64,000 nt of DNA from an uncultured bacterium (GCA_903936565.1 CAIZVZ010000006.1:29436-93435), one strand, 5' to 3'; positions 41,136 through 50,956 are shown, numbered from the stretch's first letter. Notes: generated by a model not told the origin, from the letters alone. Made by a program: numbers and translations.

Positions 41136-41153
41136 ATACCCCCTAGGGGGTAT
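41136..41153. promoter_or_regulatory. Perfect 18-bp palindrome ATACCCCCTAGGGGGTAT, a CsoR-type operator 12 bp upstream of csoR
   Basis: Seen directly. It matches the GC-rich pseudo-palindromic class of CsoR operators (B. subtilis copZA operator ATACCCTACGGGGGTAT). Confidence 0.7.
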
Positions 41154-41183
41154 GGTCAATGTCTATCTTAAACAAGAGCTAGT

Positions 41184-41723
41184 ATGCTAAACTTAAACAG
41201 CAAAGCCATGAGAAAAAACCCAATTACAATCACCGTGAATGACAAGATGCAGAAAAATTATAAGTACACTCTAACGGAGTCTACTGGTAAAAACTTTGAC
41301 CCAGATTTTAGACCACAACTTACTCCCAAAGAAATGCTTGAAATGGGAGTCTTTGGTGGAAAATATATGACCGATTGCCAAAGTGAATTTCCAAAAGATT
41401 GGTATAAAAATGCGAAGTTCTCCCCCACCAAACGAGACGCGAAAATAAATTATTACAAAGTAAATGCCAGCCAACCACTTTCTGTTTGGCAAAAGAATGG
41501 GTGGATTTACAAAGAGGATCCAAGAGGCTGGTTTCAATGGTATTGCAGGTATTACATGGGACGAAGAATTCCAGATGAAGACAGAAGGCAGATCAAGCGA
41601 TGGATTGCAATGAGGCGTCACATATCACAGATTCAAAATAATTGCAGAGTCGGAGATTTCAGTTGCCACACCAGGCAAAGGCAAGCGGTCCTTCACTGGG
41701 CGTATGATAGCAGAAAGTTTTAG
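41184..41723 (+). CDS. Conserved hypothetical protein (Trp/Tyr/Cys-rich: GWFQWYCRYYMGRR...RWIAMRRH)
   Basis: 179-aa ORF divergent from csoR; no family assignable from memory. Confidence 0.35.
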   Translation: MLNLNSKAMRKNPITITVNDKMQKNYKYTLTESTGKNFDPDFRPQLTPKEMLEMGVFGGKYMTDCQSEFPKDWYKNAKFSPTKRDAKINYYKVNASQPLSVWQKNGWIYKEDPRGWFQWYCRYYMGRRIPDEDRRQIKRWIAMRRHISQIQNNCRVGDFSCHTRQRQAVLHWAYDSRKF

Positions 41724-41846
41724 TAACATCACAGTTATTTAGCCCCCTTTTTTTACCTACTACTCCACATTTTCTCACTGTTTTACTCATATTTCCTCCA
41801 TCAAACCGCACTAGCCTTTGATATGCTAAACTTATAAACATAAACC

Positions 41847-44066
41847 ATGCCCGAAAAACCAAAACCAATTAACCTCAAATTCACAGAATATCCACTTTCA
41901 TCAGTAATTAGAATTAATCCTGATCAGATTTCACATCTCAAAAAATTAAACCTATTCACAATCGGTGACATACTGAGGCACTACCCCATACGATATGGTG
42001 GTGCATCAGAAGCGCAATACATCAATCAATTAACAGTAGGACAAAACGCCACAGTCTATGGAAGAATTGGAAAATTAAAGACTGGAAAAAGTTTTAAAAG
42101 CCATACCGCAATGGCAGAAGGAGTTATCTCAGATGACACGGGAAATCTAAAAGTAGTTTGGCTTCATCAACCATATATCGCAAAATTAATTCAAGAAGGC
42201 AGTCTGGTAAAGGCAACAGGTAAAGTAACCAAGCGTGGCGATTATGTTGGAATGTTAAATCCAGAAATAGAATCAGTTGGTGTTATGCCAAATCAAATTG
42301 GTCACAATCTCTTTGCCGGAACAGAAGCACCAATAGAACACTTCTCTCCCGTTTATCCAGAAACAAAAGGCGTGACCTCAAAATGGATTTATCACACACT
42401 TCAAAGAATATTTAAGAATCCCTTATTTGAAACAATAGAAGATCCAATTCCGGGGGATATATTAAAAAAATATAATCTCCCCTCTCTAAAGAGTGCGTTA
42501 ATTTGGATTCACACTCCACAAAAAGAAACTGACGCTCAGGTGGCAAGAAAAAGATTTTCATTTGAAGAAGTTTTTTATATTCAAATCAAGAATCAACAAG
42601 CCAGAGCCTCCGCTCAAAAAGAAAAAGCTTACGTGATTGAGCCCTCTTCCAAGAGCTTGAAAGAATTCACAGACAGATTCCCTTTTGCAATGACTTCTTC
42701 GCAAAAAAAATCAACAGATGACATCTTGAGTGATTTCCAAAAAGGTACACCAATGTCTCGTCTCCTTGAGGGAGATGTGGGATCAGGAAAGACTGCCGTC
42801 GCTGCAACTACAGCATATGGTGTCGTGACAACAAGACCTAAGAACAAAAATTCAAAGGTGCAGGATTATGGTAATTTACAAGTCGCATACATGGCACCAA
42901 CTGAAATCCTCGCCAAACAACACTTTGAATCATTTATTCAATATTTTAAACACATGCCAATTTCTATTGGCTTCATAAGCGGAACGGGGTGTAGAAAATT
43001 TCCATCAAAGGTACAGAATCGCGGGGCGGATGGTAACAGCGGTTGGACCGATATTTCAAGATCACAATTATTAAAATGGGTAGAGAGTGGTGAAATTGCA
43101 ATCTTAATTGGAACACACGCCTTAATTCAAAAGTCCGTAAAATTCAAAGACCTAGCGTATGTCATCATCGACGAGCAGCATAGATTCGGAACCGCACAAA
43201 GACAAAAGCTTGCACGCAAACATGACATCGTCCCCCACCTCCTATCAATGACGGCAACACCGATTCCAAGAACCTTAGCACTCACTCTTTATGGTGATCT
43301 AGACCTCTCACTAATCGATCAAATGCCAACAGGAAGAAAACCTATCATTACAGAAATTATTACAGAACCAAAACGGGAAGCTACATATGAGAAAATTAGA
43401 AAGGAATTAAAAGACGGCAGACAAGTTTATGTAATTTGCCCAAGAATCGAGGAAGCTGATCCAGACAAAGAACAAGCGCTCAATGTTAAGTCAGTAGTGG
43501 AGGAAGCAAAGAGATTAAAAGAAAGTGTTTTTAAAGATTGGAATATCGATATATTACACAGCAAGATGAAGCCAAAGGAAAAGGATGCGATTATGATGCA
43601 ATTTGAAAAGAAAGAAATTGATATTCTTGTTGCCACAAGTGTTGTTGAGGTTGGAGTAAATGTTCCAAACGCAACAATAATTTTAATTGAAGGTGCTGAG
43701 CGGTTTGGATTGTCACAGCTTCATCAATTACGCGGACGTGTAATTAGAAGTAATCATCAAGCGTATTGTTATGTCCTTAGCGATAGCAAGAGCAGTAAGA
43801 CAGTTGAGCGACTTAAAGCATTGAATACCGCAAAGAACGGTTTTGAATTATCCGAAATGGATTTGAAATTGCGTGGCGCTGGGGAACTGTATGGTGGCAA
43901 GCAATGGGGTATTACAGATATCGGAATGGAAGCAATCAAAAATATAAAAATGGTAGAGGCCGCACGCAATGAAGCCCAAATTATTGTTAAAGAAGATCAA
44001 ACACTAAGCTCATTCCCTATTTTGAAAGAGATGATGGATACGAAGAGAGAAATACATTTTGAATAA
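41847..44066 (+). CDS. recG: ATP-dependent DNA helicase RecG
   Basis: N-terminal wedge/OB domain, helicase motif I GDVGSGKTAVA, DEQH box (IIDEQHRFG), motif VI QLRGRVIRS; 739 aa. Confidence 0.85.
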   Translation: MPEKPKPINLKFTEYPLSSVIRINPDQISHLKKLNLFTIGDILRHYPIRYGGASEAQYINQLTVGQNATVYGRIGKLKTGKSFKSHTAMAEGVISDDTGNLKVVWLHQPYIAKLIQEGSLVKATGKVTKRGDYVGMLNPEIESVGVMPNQIGHNLFAGTEAPIEHFSPVYPETKGVTSKWIYHTLQRIFKNPLFETIEDPIPGDILKKYNLPSLKSALIWIHTPQKETDAQVARKRFSFEEVFYIQIKNQQARASAQKEKAYVIEPSSKSLKEFTDRFPFAMTSSQKKSTDDILSDFQKGTPMSRLLEGDVGSGKTAVAATTAYGVVTTRPKNKNSKVQDYGNLQVAYMAPTEILAKQHFESFIQYFKHMPISIGFISGTGCRKFPSKVQNRGADGNSGWTDISRSQLLKWVESGEIAILIGTHALIQKSVKFKDLAYVIIDEQHRFGTAQRQKLARKHDIVPHLLSMTATPIPRTLALTLYGDLDLSLIDQMPTGRKPIITEIITEPKREATYEKIRKELKDGRQVYVICPRIEEADPDKEQALNVKSVVEEAKRLKESVFKDWNIDILHSKMKPKEKDAIMMQFEKKEIDILVATSVVEVGVNVPNATIILIEGAERFGLSQLHQLRGRVIRSNHQAYCYVLSDSKSSKTVERLKALNTAKNGFELSEMDLKLRGAGELYGGKQWGITDIGMEAIKNIKMVEAARNEAQIIVKEDQTLSSFPILKEMMDTKREIHFE

Positions 44067-44120
44067 AGCAGGAAACCGGCCCGCGCGTACGCGGACCGGT
44101 GTTTGTTTGATTCGTCTGAA

Positions 44121-44645
44121 TCAGTCCCTGATGACAATGTCTGGCTGTGGACCATCATCATCCAGAAATGCGGCTGAAGCCGTCGATCTCCTTGCCGACA
44201 GGCAGGCTGGTTGCATCGAGTACATTGTGGCGCCACGGATCATCCTTCTGGCGCGCCTTTTCCATCCGTCGAGGGCGACAAGCTTTGGGGCATCAATGAG
44301 AAAGTCCAAATCATTTTCCACATCACCTCGGTTATCAATGATCCGTCGGATCTGGATAACTGAGGGGTCTCCAATGCGACCCTCCCTAGAAAACCCGACA
44401 TCGTGGCAGATCCTTTCGTAACTTGCCTTCGATATAGGGTAATCAATCTCATTGATACGCAGGGCATAACCATAGCCCCCAAACACCCTCACTCCAGACA
44501 GCGAGCATATGAAGCTCGGCTTATCTTCTACTTTCTTTTCTGGCGGTTTACTTCTTTTCATTGTGTGCAGGTTGGTTGAATAATCAGAGATGAAAGAAAA
44601 ATGGTGACCACCACCATTCTCAGTCTGTACAACATAATGACACAT
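44121..44645 (-). CDS. Hypothetical protein in a GC-rich (about 52 percent) islet adjacent to the tRNA with the UAU anticodon
   Basis: ORF boundaries coincide with the compositional island 44060-44650; no recognisable domain. Confidence 0.35.
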   Translation of the reverse strand: MCHYVVQTENGGGHHFSFISDYSTNLHTMKRSKPPEKKVEDKPSFICSLSGVRVFGGYGYALRINEIDYPISKASYERICHDVGFSREGRIGDPSVIQIRRIIDNRGDVENDLDFLIDAPKLVALDGWKRRARRMIRGATMYSMQPACLSARRSTASAAFLDDDGPQPDIVIRD

Positions 44646-44714
44646 TCTTTTACAAAATGCAAATTAAGATTTTACTTGTGCACCCCCCCAATCGAAGAAA
44701 AAGTATTATTTCTG

Positions 44715-44787
44715 TGCGAGCACTAGGATTCGAACCTAGGACCGGTCGTGTATAAGACGACTGCTCTACCAACTGAGCTATGCTCGC
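44715..44787 (-). tRNA. tRNA with UAU anticodon (would decode AUA, Ile)
   Basis: GCGAGCATAGCTCAGTTGGTAGAGCA-GTCGT-CTTATAC-ACGAC-CGGTC-CTAGGTTCGAATCCTAG-TGCTCGC-A; U33 and A37 are in place. Confidence 0.7.
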
Positions 44788-44875
44788 ATGAGCCCCATAT
44801 TACACCAGTTTTAATTTTTAGAAAAGGGCATATGAGGCGAGACAAACCGACCACCCCGACAATCACAAACTGAGC

Positions 44876-47014
44876 CTAGATAACCTCCGACTTCTTCTTT
44901 GGCACAATTCCATTCGCAACTAATATTGCATCGAACTCCGCTTGTTCCAATGTTTCCTTATCAATCAAAGCAATAGAAATTGCATCCAAGACCTTGCGCT
45001 TCTCTGTAATAACATCGAGTGCAATTTTATATGAATCATTCATAATCTTTGAAATTTCTTGATCAATTATAGCGCCAGTTGAAGCAGAATATTCCTGCTC
45101 CCCCACACCTCTACCTGACATTGCGCGTCCATTTCCTTCAAGTGCAATAGGACCAATCTTATCTGACATACCATATTTAGTAACCATGTCGCGCGCTAAG
45201 GCTGAAGCAACTTGCAAATCATTTGATGAGCCAGTGGTTAATTCATCGAAGATATGTTTCTCAACAACATATCCTCCAAGAGATACAACAATGTCATCCA
45301 AAAATTCCTTTTTGGATTGCAACTTCTTGTCTTCAATCGGAAGCTTCATGGTGTAACCCGCCGCACGTCCACGAGAAATAATTGAAACTTTATGAACTGG
45401 ATCAGCATGAGGAAGAACTGAGGCAAGAAGGGCGTGTCCCGCTTCATGATATGCAGTCAATTCCTTTTCTTTCTTTCCAAGTAAATGACTCTTTCTCTCA
45501 GGGCCTAACAATACTTTTTCAATTGATCTGATTAGATCGTATTGTGCAACCTTCTTTCTATCTTCTCTTGCGGCAAGAATAGCAGCTTCATTAACCAGTG
45601 AGTGAAGATCAGCACCAGATAGCCCTGGAGTACGAGATGCAATAACATCTAAATTGACATCCTCTGCTAGTGGCTTGTTTTTTGTATGCACCTCAAGAAT
45701 TGCAAACCTATCCTTTCTATCAGGTAGATCAATTACAACTCTTCTATCAAATCTTCCGGGACGAAGAAGTGCAGGATCCAATACGTCAGGTCTGTTTGTG
45801 GCAGCCATCATAATAACTTTTTCATTTGGTTCAAAACCATCCATCTCAACAAGAATTTGATTCAGTGTTTGTTCACGCTCATCATTTCCTCCACCAAAAC
45901 CAGTTCCTCTAACACGTCCAACCGCATCAATTTCATCGATAAAAATAATTGCGGGGGCTGAAGATTTTGCAAGCTTAAACAAATCACGAACACGTGACGC
46001 ACCAACTCCGACAAACATTTCAACGAACTCAGCACCTGATACTGAAAAGAATGCAACGCCAGCCTCTCCCGCAACAGCACGAGCAAGCAATGTTTTTCCA
46101 GTTCCCGGAGCACCAGTTAGCAATATCCCCTTTGGAATTCTTGCGCCAATATTAATAAACTTCTCAGGGTTCTTTAGGAAGTCCACAATTTCAGCAAGTT
46201 CTTGCTTTGCCTCCTTTGCACCAGCGACATCTTTGAATGTAACTTTTGTTTTTGTATCATCAGGAGAAATCATACGAGCCCTAGTTTGACCAAAGCTCAT
46301 CGCCTGCATATTTGCGCTTCTCGCCTGTCTGGACAGGTACCAGATTATAAAAATCAAGAATAGAATTGGTAGCGCAAATGGGAGAATGTTATTAACCCAG
46401 AACCACGCACCTCTGTCGTCCTTATTTTCAATTTTAACTTGTGCCAATTTTGCAGGATCAACGCCGAGATTTTTCAAAGAGTCTGAAAGAGAACTCTGCG
46501 CCTCCTTTTGTGTAGTCTTTTTCAAAACACCAGCGGGACTTGAAGAAGCGGAAGATGTGGCAGAAGACTTAACAACAGCGAGTGCCGTTGAAGATGACGA
46601 CAATAGAGAGGATGATGTTGCCGATCCGGGCACCGACACTTCCGACGAAGTAGAAAATGCTCCGTCTAGATATTCTATATCCACCTTATCCCCTGAAACC
46701 TCAACCTTCGCTACCCTACCAGCATTAATATCAACTGCTAATTCAGAAAGACTTATTTCTTTTATTGGAGTTGGGCTGGTGTAAAATAGAACGTAAATAC
46801 TTATGATTGCTACAAATATTAGAAATGTTGCAAAAAAATTATTTAGAATCAAAGCACCAACACCCTGCTGCTTTTTTGGAATCTTGGGCATTTTAGAACC
46901 CATTTGCTCTTTTGGTGTCTTATGATGCGTGTGTGGTTTATCTTTTGGCTCGTTTTTAGCCATATCTTCAACCTCCTTTTCCTCGATATTTGGAATATTA
47001 TTGTCTTTAGTCAT
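44876..47014 (-). CDS. ftsH: ATP-dependent zinc metalloprotease FtsH
   Basis: Walker [30 protein letters not shown] zinc motif, two N-terminal TM segments with a Ser-rich periplasmic loop. Start at MTKDNN is likely (the track extends to 47044). Confidence 0.9.
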   Translation of the reverse strand: MTKDNNIPNIEEKEVEDMAKNEPKDKPHTHHKTPKEQMGSKMPKIPKKQQGVGALILNNFFATFLIFVAIISIYVLFYTSPTPIKEISLSELAVDINAGRVAKVEVSGDKVDIEYLDGAFSTSSEVSVPGSATSSSLLSSSSTALAVVKSSATSSASSSPAGVLKKTTQKEAQSSLSDSLKNLGVDPAKLAQVKIENKDDRGAWFWVNNILPFALPILFLIFIIWYLSRQARSANMQAMSFGQTRARMISPDDTKTKVTFKDVAGAKEAKQELAEIVDFLKNPEKFINIGARIPKGILLTGAPGTGKTLLARAVAGEAGVAFFSVSGAEFVEMFVGVGASRVRDLFKLAKSSAPAIIFIDEIDAVGRVRGTGFGGGNDEREQTLNQILVEMDGFEPNEKVIMMAATNRPDVLDPALLRPGRFDRRVVIDLPDRKDRFAILEVHTKNKPLAEDVNLDVIASRTPGLSGADLHSLVNEAAILAAREDRKKVAQYDLIRSIEKVLLGPERKSHLLGKKEKELTAYHEAGHALLASVLPHADPVHKVSIISRGRAAGYTMKLPIEDKKLQSKKEFLDDIVVSLGGYVVEKHIFDELTTGSSNDLQVASALARDMVTKYGMSDKIGPIALEGNGRAMSGRGVGEQEYSASTGAIIDQEISKIMNDSYKIALDVITEKRKVLDAISIALIDKETLEQAEFDAILVANGIVPKKKSEVI

Positions 47015-47159
47015 GTGGGCAAAGTATACACAAATAATGAGCAAAATAAAAGTTTTTTCTAATGAAAGTCAACGAACATGGCCCCGAATATAACATTAAC
47101 CATCAAAAGCACCGAAGAATAACAATATATTGACGAAAGTGAAAAAATGTGCGAAACTA

Positions 47160-47600
47160 TGTGTCCCTTAGGTGGGTATTTAGGCCGGAGCGCCAGATCC
47201 GTACGGAATTAAATCCCTACAAATTCCAAAGTCTAAATACGACGATCCAACTATAACCGAGATTGCCCAGCCGTGCACACTTGCTTTTGACGCCGTCAGC
47301 CAAGTTAACTCGATCATAGAATGACACAATTTGTCATTTGGACCGATCAAAAAAGAAGGGTTATGTGTGATCCGGCCAAGTGCCAGACACCTAACACATA
47401 TTGTCACCAGAGGAACAGGTGACAGACGCAACTAGTTCCAAAACTAGGGTAACTCGGTGCAAGTGCCACCGTAACAAATTAACCAGCGTTTAAGGTCGAC
47501 GAAGACCACACTTCTAGCCCGACTCACGACAAGGTGAGCGGGCTATCCTTTTGGCTTTTTTTCTTGTACTCACGTACACCACCCTACCACCCTACTTCTG
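47160..47600 (+). ncRNA. Unassigned candidate structured ncRNA (about 440 nt, GC about 50 percent) ending in a strong intrinsic terminator
   Basis: ORF-free GC-rich block between divergent ftsH and smpB. Hairpins include atgaca-caatt-tgtcat and tgtcacc-agaggaaca-ggtgaca. Terminal hairpin agcccgactcac-gacaag-gtgagcgggct followed by ttttggcttttttt (47550-47600). No RNase P, SRP or tmRNA consensus recognised. Confidence 0.3.
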
Positions 47601-47647
47601 CGCAATTCCATAATTGTAAAAAAAGATATATACTAAGAAAAATAAAG

Positions 47648-48103
47648 ATGACCATAAAGACCCTCGTAAAAAATCAAAAAGTTTTCTTTAACTATGAAAT
47701 AACGGATAAATATAACGCCGGTATTGAGCTTTTTGGGTACGAAGTAAAAGCAATTCAAAAAGGTCTCGGTAATATGGAAGGGTCGTATATCGTCATAAGA
47801 GGTGGGGAGGCGTTTTTAATAGGGCTAGATCTTCCACCATATCAGCAAAAAAACACTCCCACAGAATACGATTCAAAGAGAAATAGAAGGTTATTATTAA
47901 ACAAAAAAGAGCTCATAGAGTTGGCAGAAAAGGAGAAAGAGAAAGGCTTGACTATCGTGCCAATAGCGTTGTACAATAACGGTCGCAGAATCAAGCTAGA
48001 GCTTGGTATTGCAAAGGGAAAGAAGAAATTTGATAAGCGTCAGAATATCAAAAAAAGAGAGAGTGATAAGGAAATCAACCGCGCACTCAAAGGCGGAAGG
48101 TAA
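47648..48103 (+). CDS. smpB: SsrA-binding protein SmpB
   Basis: IAQNKKAFFNYEI-like N-terminus (KNQKVFFNYEITDKYNAGIELFGYEVKAIQ), LPPYQQ, C-terminal basic tail GKKKFDKRQ. Internal Met start chosen. Confidence 0.85.
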   Translation: MTIKTLVKNQKVFFNYEITDKYNAGIELFGYEVKAIQKGLGNMEGSYIVIRGGEAFLIGLDLPPYQQKNTPTEYDSKRNRRLLLNKKELIELAEKEKEKGLTIVPIALYNNGRRIKLELGIAKGKKKFDKRQNIKKRESDKEINRALKGGR

Positions 48104-48173
48104 TCTATACCCTCTTGTGATAAGATATAGACGCCTTCAATAGACGGCTCAGAATTTTGACAACAATAAATAT

Positions 48174-48568
48174 GGGGATGACATGCTTTGACACATGACT
48201 GGATTTTTTATGTGCGTAACCGAGTGCCCGAGAATCTCGTTAAACTTCCGGAACCCTTAGATGCAAAAGCCCAAAAAGCAGTCGCTTCTCCATTCTTTGG
48301 AGTAAACGACTTTGCATTTGCAACAGCTAGAGCCTAGCTCGCTATTGCAACGTTCTTACCTACTCTTTTTGCAAGTAGGATAAGGGCGCAATAATTGCAA
48401 AATAGATTTACAGAAATCTTAGACTGTAAATTAAAACAAATAAGATCGACGACGTTGTGTTTTGATAATTTTATAGCACCGCCGTTTAAAAACAAAAAAA
48501 ATCATCTACGCTACGTAGACTCATAAAGAAACATCGTGTGCACGCGGGTTCAATTCCCGCCATCTCCA
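48174..48568 (+). ncRNA. ssrA: tmRNA (ssrA)
   Basis: 5-prime GGGGATG pairs with 3-prime CATCTCC, including a G3-U70 wobble pair. T-arm GCGGGTTCAATTCCCGC, discriminator A. Internal candidate tag frame ending at UAG 48335-48337 (...NDFAFATARA). Located immediately downstream of smpB. Confidence 0.8.
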
Positions 48569-48583
48569 CATCAATAAAAATAG

Positions 48584-48619
48584 GACCGCCGAACGAAAGT
48601 GAGGTGGTTTTATTTTTGT
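48584..48619 (+). terminator. Intrinsic terminator after tmRNA
   Basis: gaccgcc-gaacgaaagtga-ggtggtt with G-U pairs, then ttttatttttg. Confidence 0.5.
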
Positions 48620-48751
48620 TGAATAGTGGAGTATCAGCCGGGAATTGAAAGGCGGACTGAAGTTCTGCAATGAGCCGTCAGACATGACGGCGAAGCAGAA
48701 CGAAGGAGCCGGGGTCGCGCAAAAAATTGAGAAGCAATTTTTATGCGTGAC

Positions 48752-48765
48752 CAATTCCCGCCATC
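48752..48765 (+). repeat. 14-nt exact (about 20 nt imperfect) direct repeat of the tmRNA 3-prime end, 187 bp downstream of ssrA. Read as an att-site-like scar
   Basis: caattcccgccatc at 48551-48564 and again at 48752-48765. Confidence 0.55.
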
Positions 48766-48906
48766 ACGTAATTTACCTTGACACATAGGCCTGTCTGTAT
48801 TATTGTTTGCGTGAATAAAGTTCCCTGCCCCCCCCCGTTGTGTTTAGAATCGAGCCTGTGGACAAATCGCGGGCCTGCTCTAACCACAACCCCAGAATAT
48901 CAGACC

Positions 48907-49374
48907 ATGTACGTTGCATATAATCCAAAATCGTTAGTTCAACCCATAAGCGCCAAAACCGGAGTGGACGCCCTGGAAAGCATCGCTGCTTTCTTCAAAG
49001 AACTTCTCAGACTCCGTGCTGAGGGGAAGCATTCAGAAATCGAAGGTCACATCGACTTGGATAAACCCGAGTTTCGTGATGCCTGGACGAACCCCCACGG
49101 TAGCAAACTTCGACTCTTCACCCTTACACGAAATGTCGATCACGCAACTCATCTCTCCGGATGGGCATTCAGATGCTGGGCGCGACCGTATGCGAAGGTT
49201 ACGGTGGATGACCACTTCGAAACCATCGATTTGGGAGCCTTGCTGTTTGAAGTCCGTAGCGATGAATATCAAATTCTTCTACAGTGGGCCCAAAGACACT
49301 TCACGGATGACTTGTATCCATGGGAATGCAACCTTCACAGTAGAAAAAGCATCCTGTGGCTCGGAGAAGGCTAA
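48907..49374 (+). CDS. Hypothetical 155-aa protein in a GC-rich (about 52 percent) islet immediately 3-prime of ssrA and its duplicated end
   Basis: Start MYVAYNPKSL chosen (track start 48778); followed by a GC hairpin terminator. Confidence 0.4.
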   Translation: MYVAYNPKSLVQPISAKTGVDALESIAAFFKELLRLRAEGKHSEIEGHIDLDKPEFRDAWTNPHGSKLRLFTLTRNVDHATHLSGWAFRCWARPYAKVTVDDHFETIDLGALLFEVRSDEYQILLQWAQRHFTDDLYPWECNLHSRKSILWLGEG

Positions 49375-49407
49375 CAACTTCATTTCTTCATCACCCCGAA
49401 CCCGAGG

Positions 49408-49436
49408 CACCCCGCCCGCAAGGTCGGGGTGTTCTT
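49408..49436 (+). terminator. Intrinsic terminator (caccccg-cccgcaaggt-cggggtg, then ttctt)
   Basis: Seen directly; marks the right edge of the GC-rich islet. Confidence 0.5.
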
Positions 49437-49464
49437 ATAAGTAAATAATTTGGGATACCACAAA

Positions 49465-50100
49465 TTAAAATATTTCCTTCAAATCCACCAGGCCACCTAT
49501 AACCTTCCAAGCATCTTCTTCAATATGCGATCCTTTAAAAGTAATACCTCTTCCCGTCGCCTTAAACATTTCTATGTCATTATCCCCATCCCCAATACAT
49601 GCACATTCATCCAAACCAATTCCCATCTTTTCAGCAACATCCTCCAAGAGTTTAAGTTTACCAAAAGCATTATCGCCAGTATTTATTATATTCACAAGAC
49701 AATCGTTATCATCAAAAACAAAAGTACTATTTGCTTCAAATAAATCTATACCCAATTCCTCGGCAATCATGTTAACCAATATATCAATAGAACCTGATAT
49801 TAAACCTATTTTATAATCCTTGTCCTTAAGATAAGCTATAACTTCCTGTACTCCTCTACGGTAAGAATATTTACTTAAGGCGACAGTAATGTGCTGGCGA
49901 GTCGCCTTTCCACTTGCCTTATATTTCTCTAATAAAATATTGTTCCACTCGTCATAAGATATTTCTTTATTTTTATATTGATGAAATAGCACCTCGTCGT
50001 CTTCTTTGCTAATACCTAAAGCCAAATTAAGTTCATACCAGCTATTTTCTTTAATAAGGGTTTTATCTAGATCAAAACAAATTAATTTTACATCACTCAT
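49465..50100 (-). CDS. HAD-superfamily hydrolase, SerB-like (phosphoserine phosphatase family)
   Basis: Motif I FDLDKTL, motif IV GDGDNDIEM; internal Met start at 50100 chosen. Confidence 0.7.
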   Translation of the reverse strand: MSDVKLICFDLDKTLIKENSWYELNLALGISKEDDEVLFHQYKNKEISYDEWNNILLEKYKASGKATRQHITVALSKYSYRRGVQEVIAYLKDKDYKIGLISGSIDILVNMIAEELGIDLFEANSTFVFDDNDCLVNIINTGDNAFGKLKLLEDVAEKMGIGLDECACIGDGDNDIEMFKATGRGITFKGSHIEEDAWKVIGGLVDLKEIF

Positions 50101-50135
50101 CGTGTAATTAGTATACACAATCCAACAAGTAGGCA

Positions 50136-50840
50136 CTACCTCCCCCTCAACCACCCGTTCAAATCAAAAAACTTCTCCCCATCCAAAAGATCAAAAACCA
50201 ATCTCAGTGTATCATTCACAATCTTCGTCACCCCCTTGTCTTTAATAACCAAAGCAAACTTAGCCCTTGGATTAGCTAATAATAAAAAGTTTTCCGTAGA
50301 CATTATCTCCCCCGGAGCAATAAAACTATCATTAGAAAAAATCTTCAACCCCTGAGATCTTCCAATATGAGACTTGATCATATCCTTATTCAACTTATCA
50401 AAATGACCCAATGCCTTTTTATTTGAAATTCCCTTCATGACAATTCCCCTCCTTTTAAATACCCTATGTGCTTCTTTAATAAAAAGCGTGGGCAAGTTAT
50501 CAAACTCGCTTTTTGCAGCATCACTACCTTGAATAGATAATATCGTCGTTTGTTTAGGAAGATTCAAAAGCTGATTATATGCCTGCACAATTTCCTTATC
50601 CTTATAAACCCTATAATGGTTTTTATTATGATCATTTTTATAAACAGGTTGCCAGATTGACTTCCTCCCTTCAATATTTTTCTTAACCAAGCCAGAATCA
50701 GAAAGACGCCCCAGACGATATTGAATGGTAGTCCTCAGAACTCCAAGTCTCCTGGATATTTCTGAAGGATACATAGGCTCAGTACCTATAATTTTTAAAA
50801 TTTTACTATCCAAGCTATCTATTCCGATCATGATTAACAA
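50136..50840 (-). CDS. TrmB-like winged-helix transcriptional regulator (paralog A)
   Basis: N-terminal HTH LDSKILKIIGTEPMYPSEISRRLGVLRTTIQYRLGRLSDSGLV. Confidence 0.5.
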   Translation of the reverse strand: MLIMIGIDSLDSKILKIIGTEPMYPSEISRRLGVLRTTIQYRLGRLSDSGLVKKNIEGRKSIWQPVYKNDHNKNHYRVYKDKEIVQAYNQLLNLPKQTTILSIQGSDAAKSEFDNLPTLFIKEAHRVFKRRGIVMKGISNKKALGHFDKLNKDMIKSHIGRSQGLKIFSNDSFIAPGEIMSTENFLLLANPRAKFALVIKDKGVTKIVNDTLRLVFDLLDGEKFFDLNGWLRGR

Positions 50841-50956
50841 TGATACTTATTGACAAATATTTTGTCAATACAATCCATGATAAGCCAATAAATACAGTAC
50901 CATGATCATGTCTATTGATTTTCATACGATTATATACATCAAGATGATTTAATCTA

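Noticed and set aside
41124-41159. 5-prime extension of csoR (MTIPPRGYTILI)
   Set aside because: It is simply the translation of the 18-bp operator palindrome; the real start is the Met at 41123.
44059-44482. Plus- and minus-strand ORFs overlapping the GC-rich islet (120 aa and 80 aa)
   Set aside because: Alternative frames of the same GC-rich DNA; only the longest (44121-44645) is kept, and that at low confidence.
47180-47431. 83-aa minus-strand ORF inside the ftsH-smpB GC-rich block
   Set aside because: No start context and an odd composition; the region is better explained as non-coding structured RNA.
48521-48754. 77-aa minus-strand ORF over the tmRNA 3-prime end
   Set aside because: Overlaps tmRNA and its terminator; spurious.
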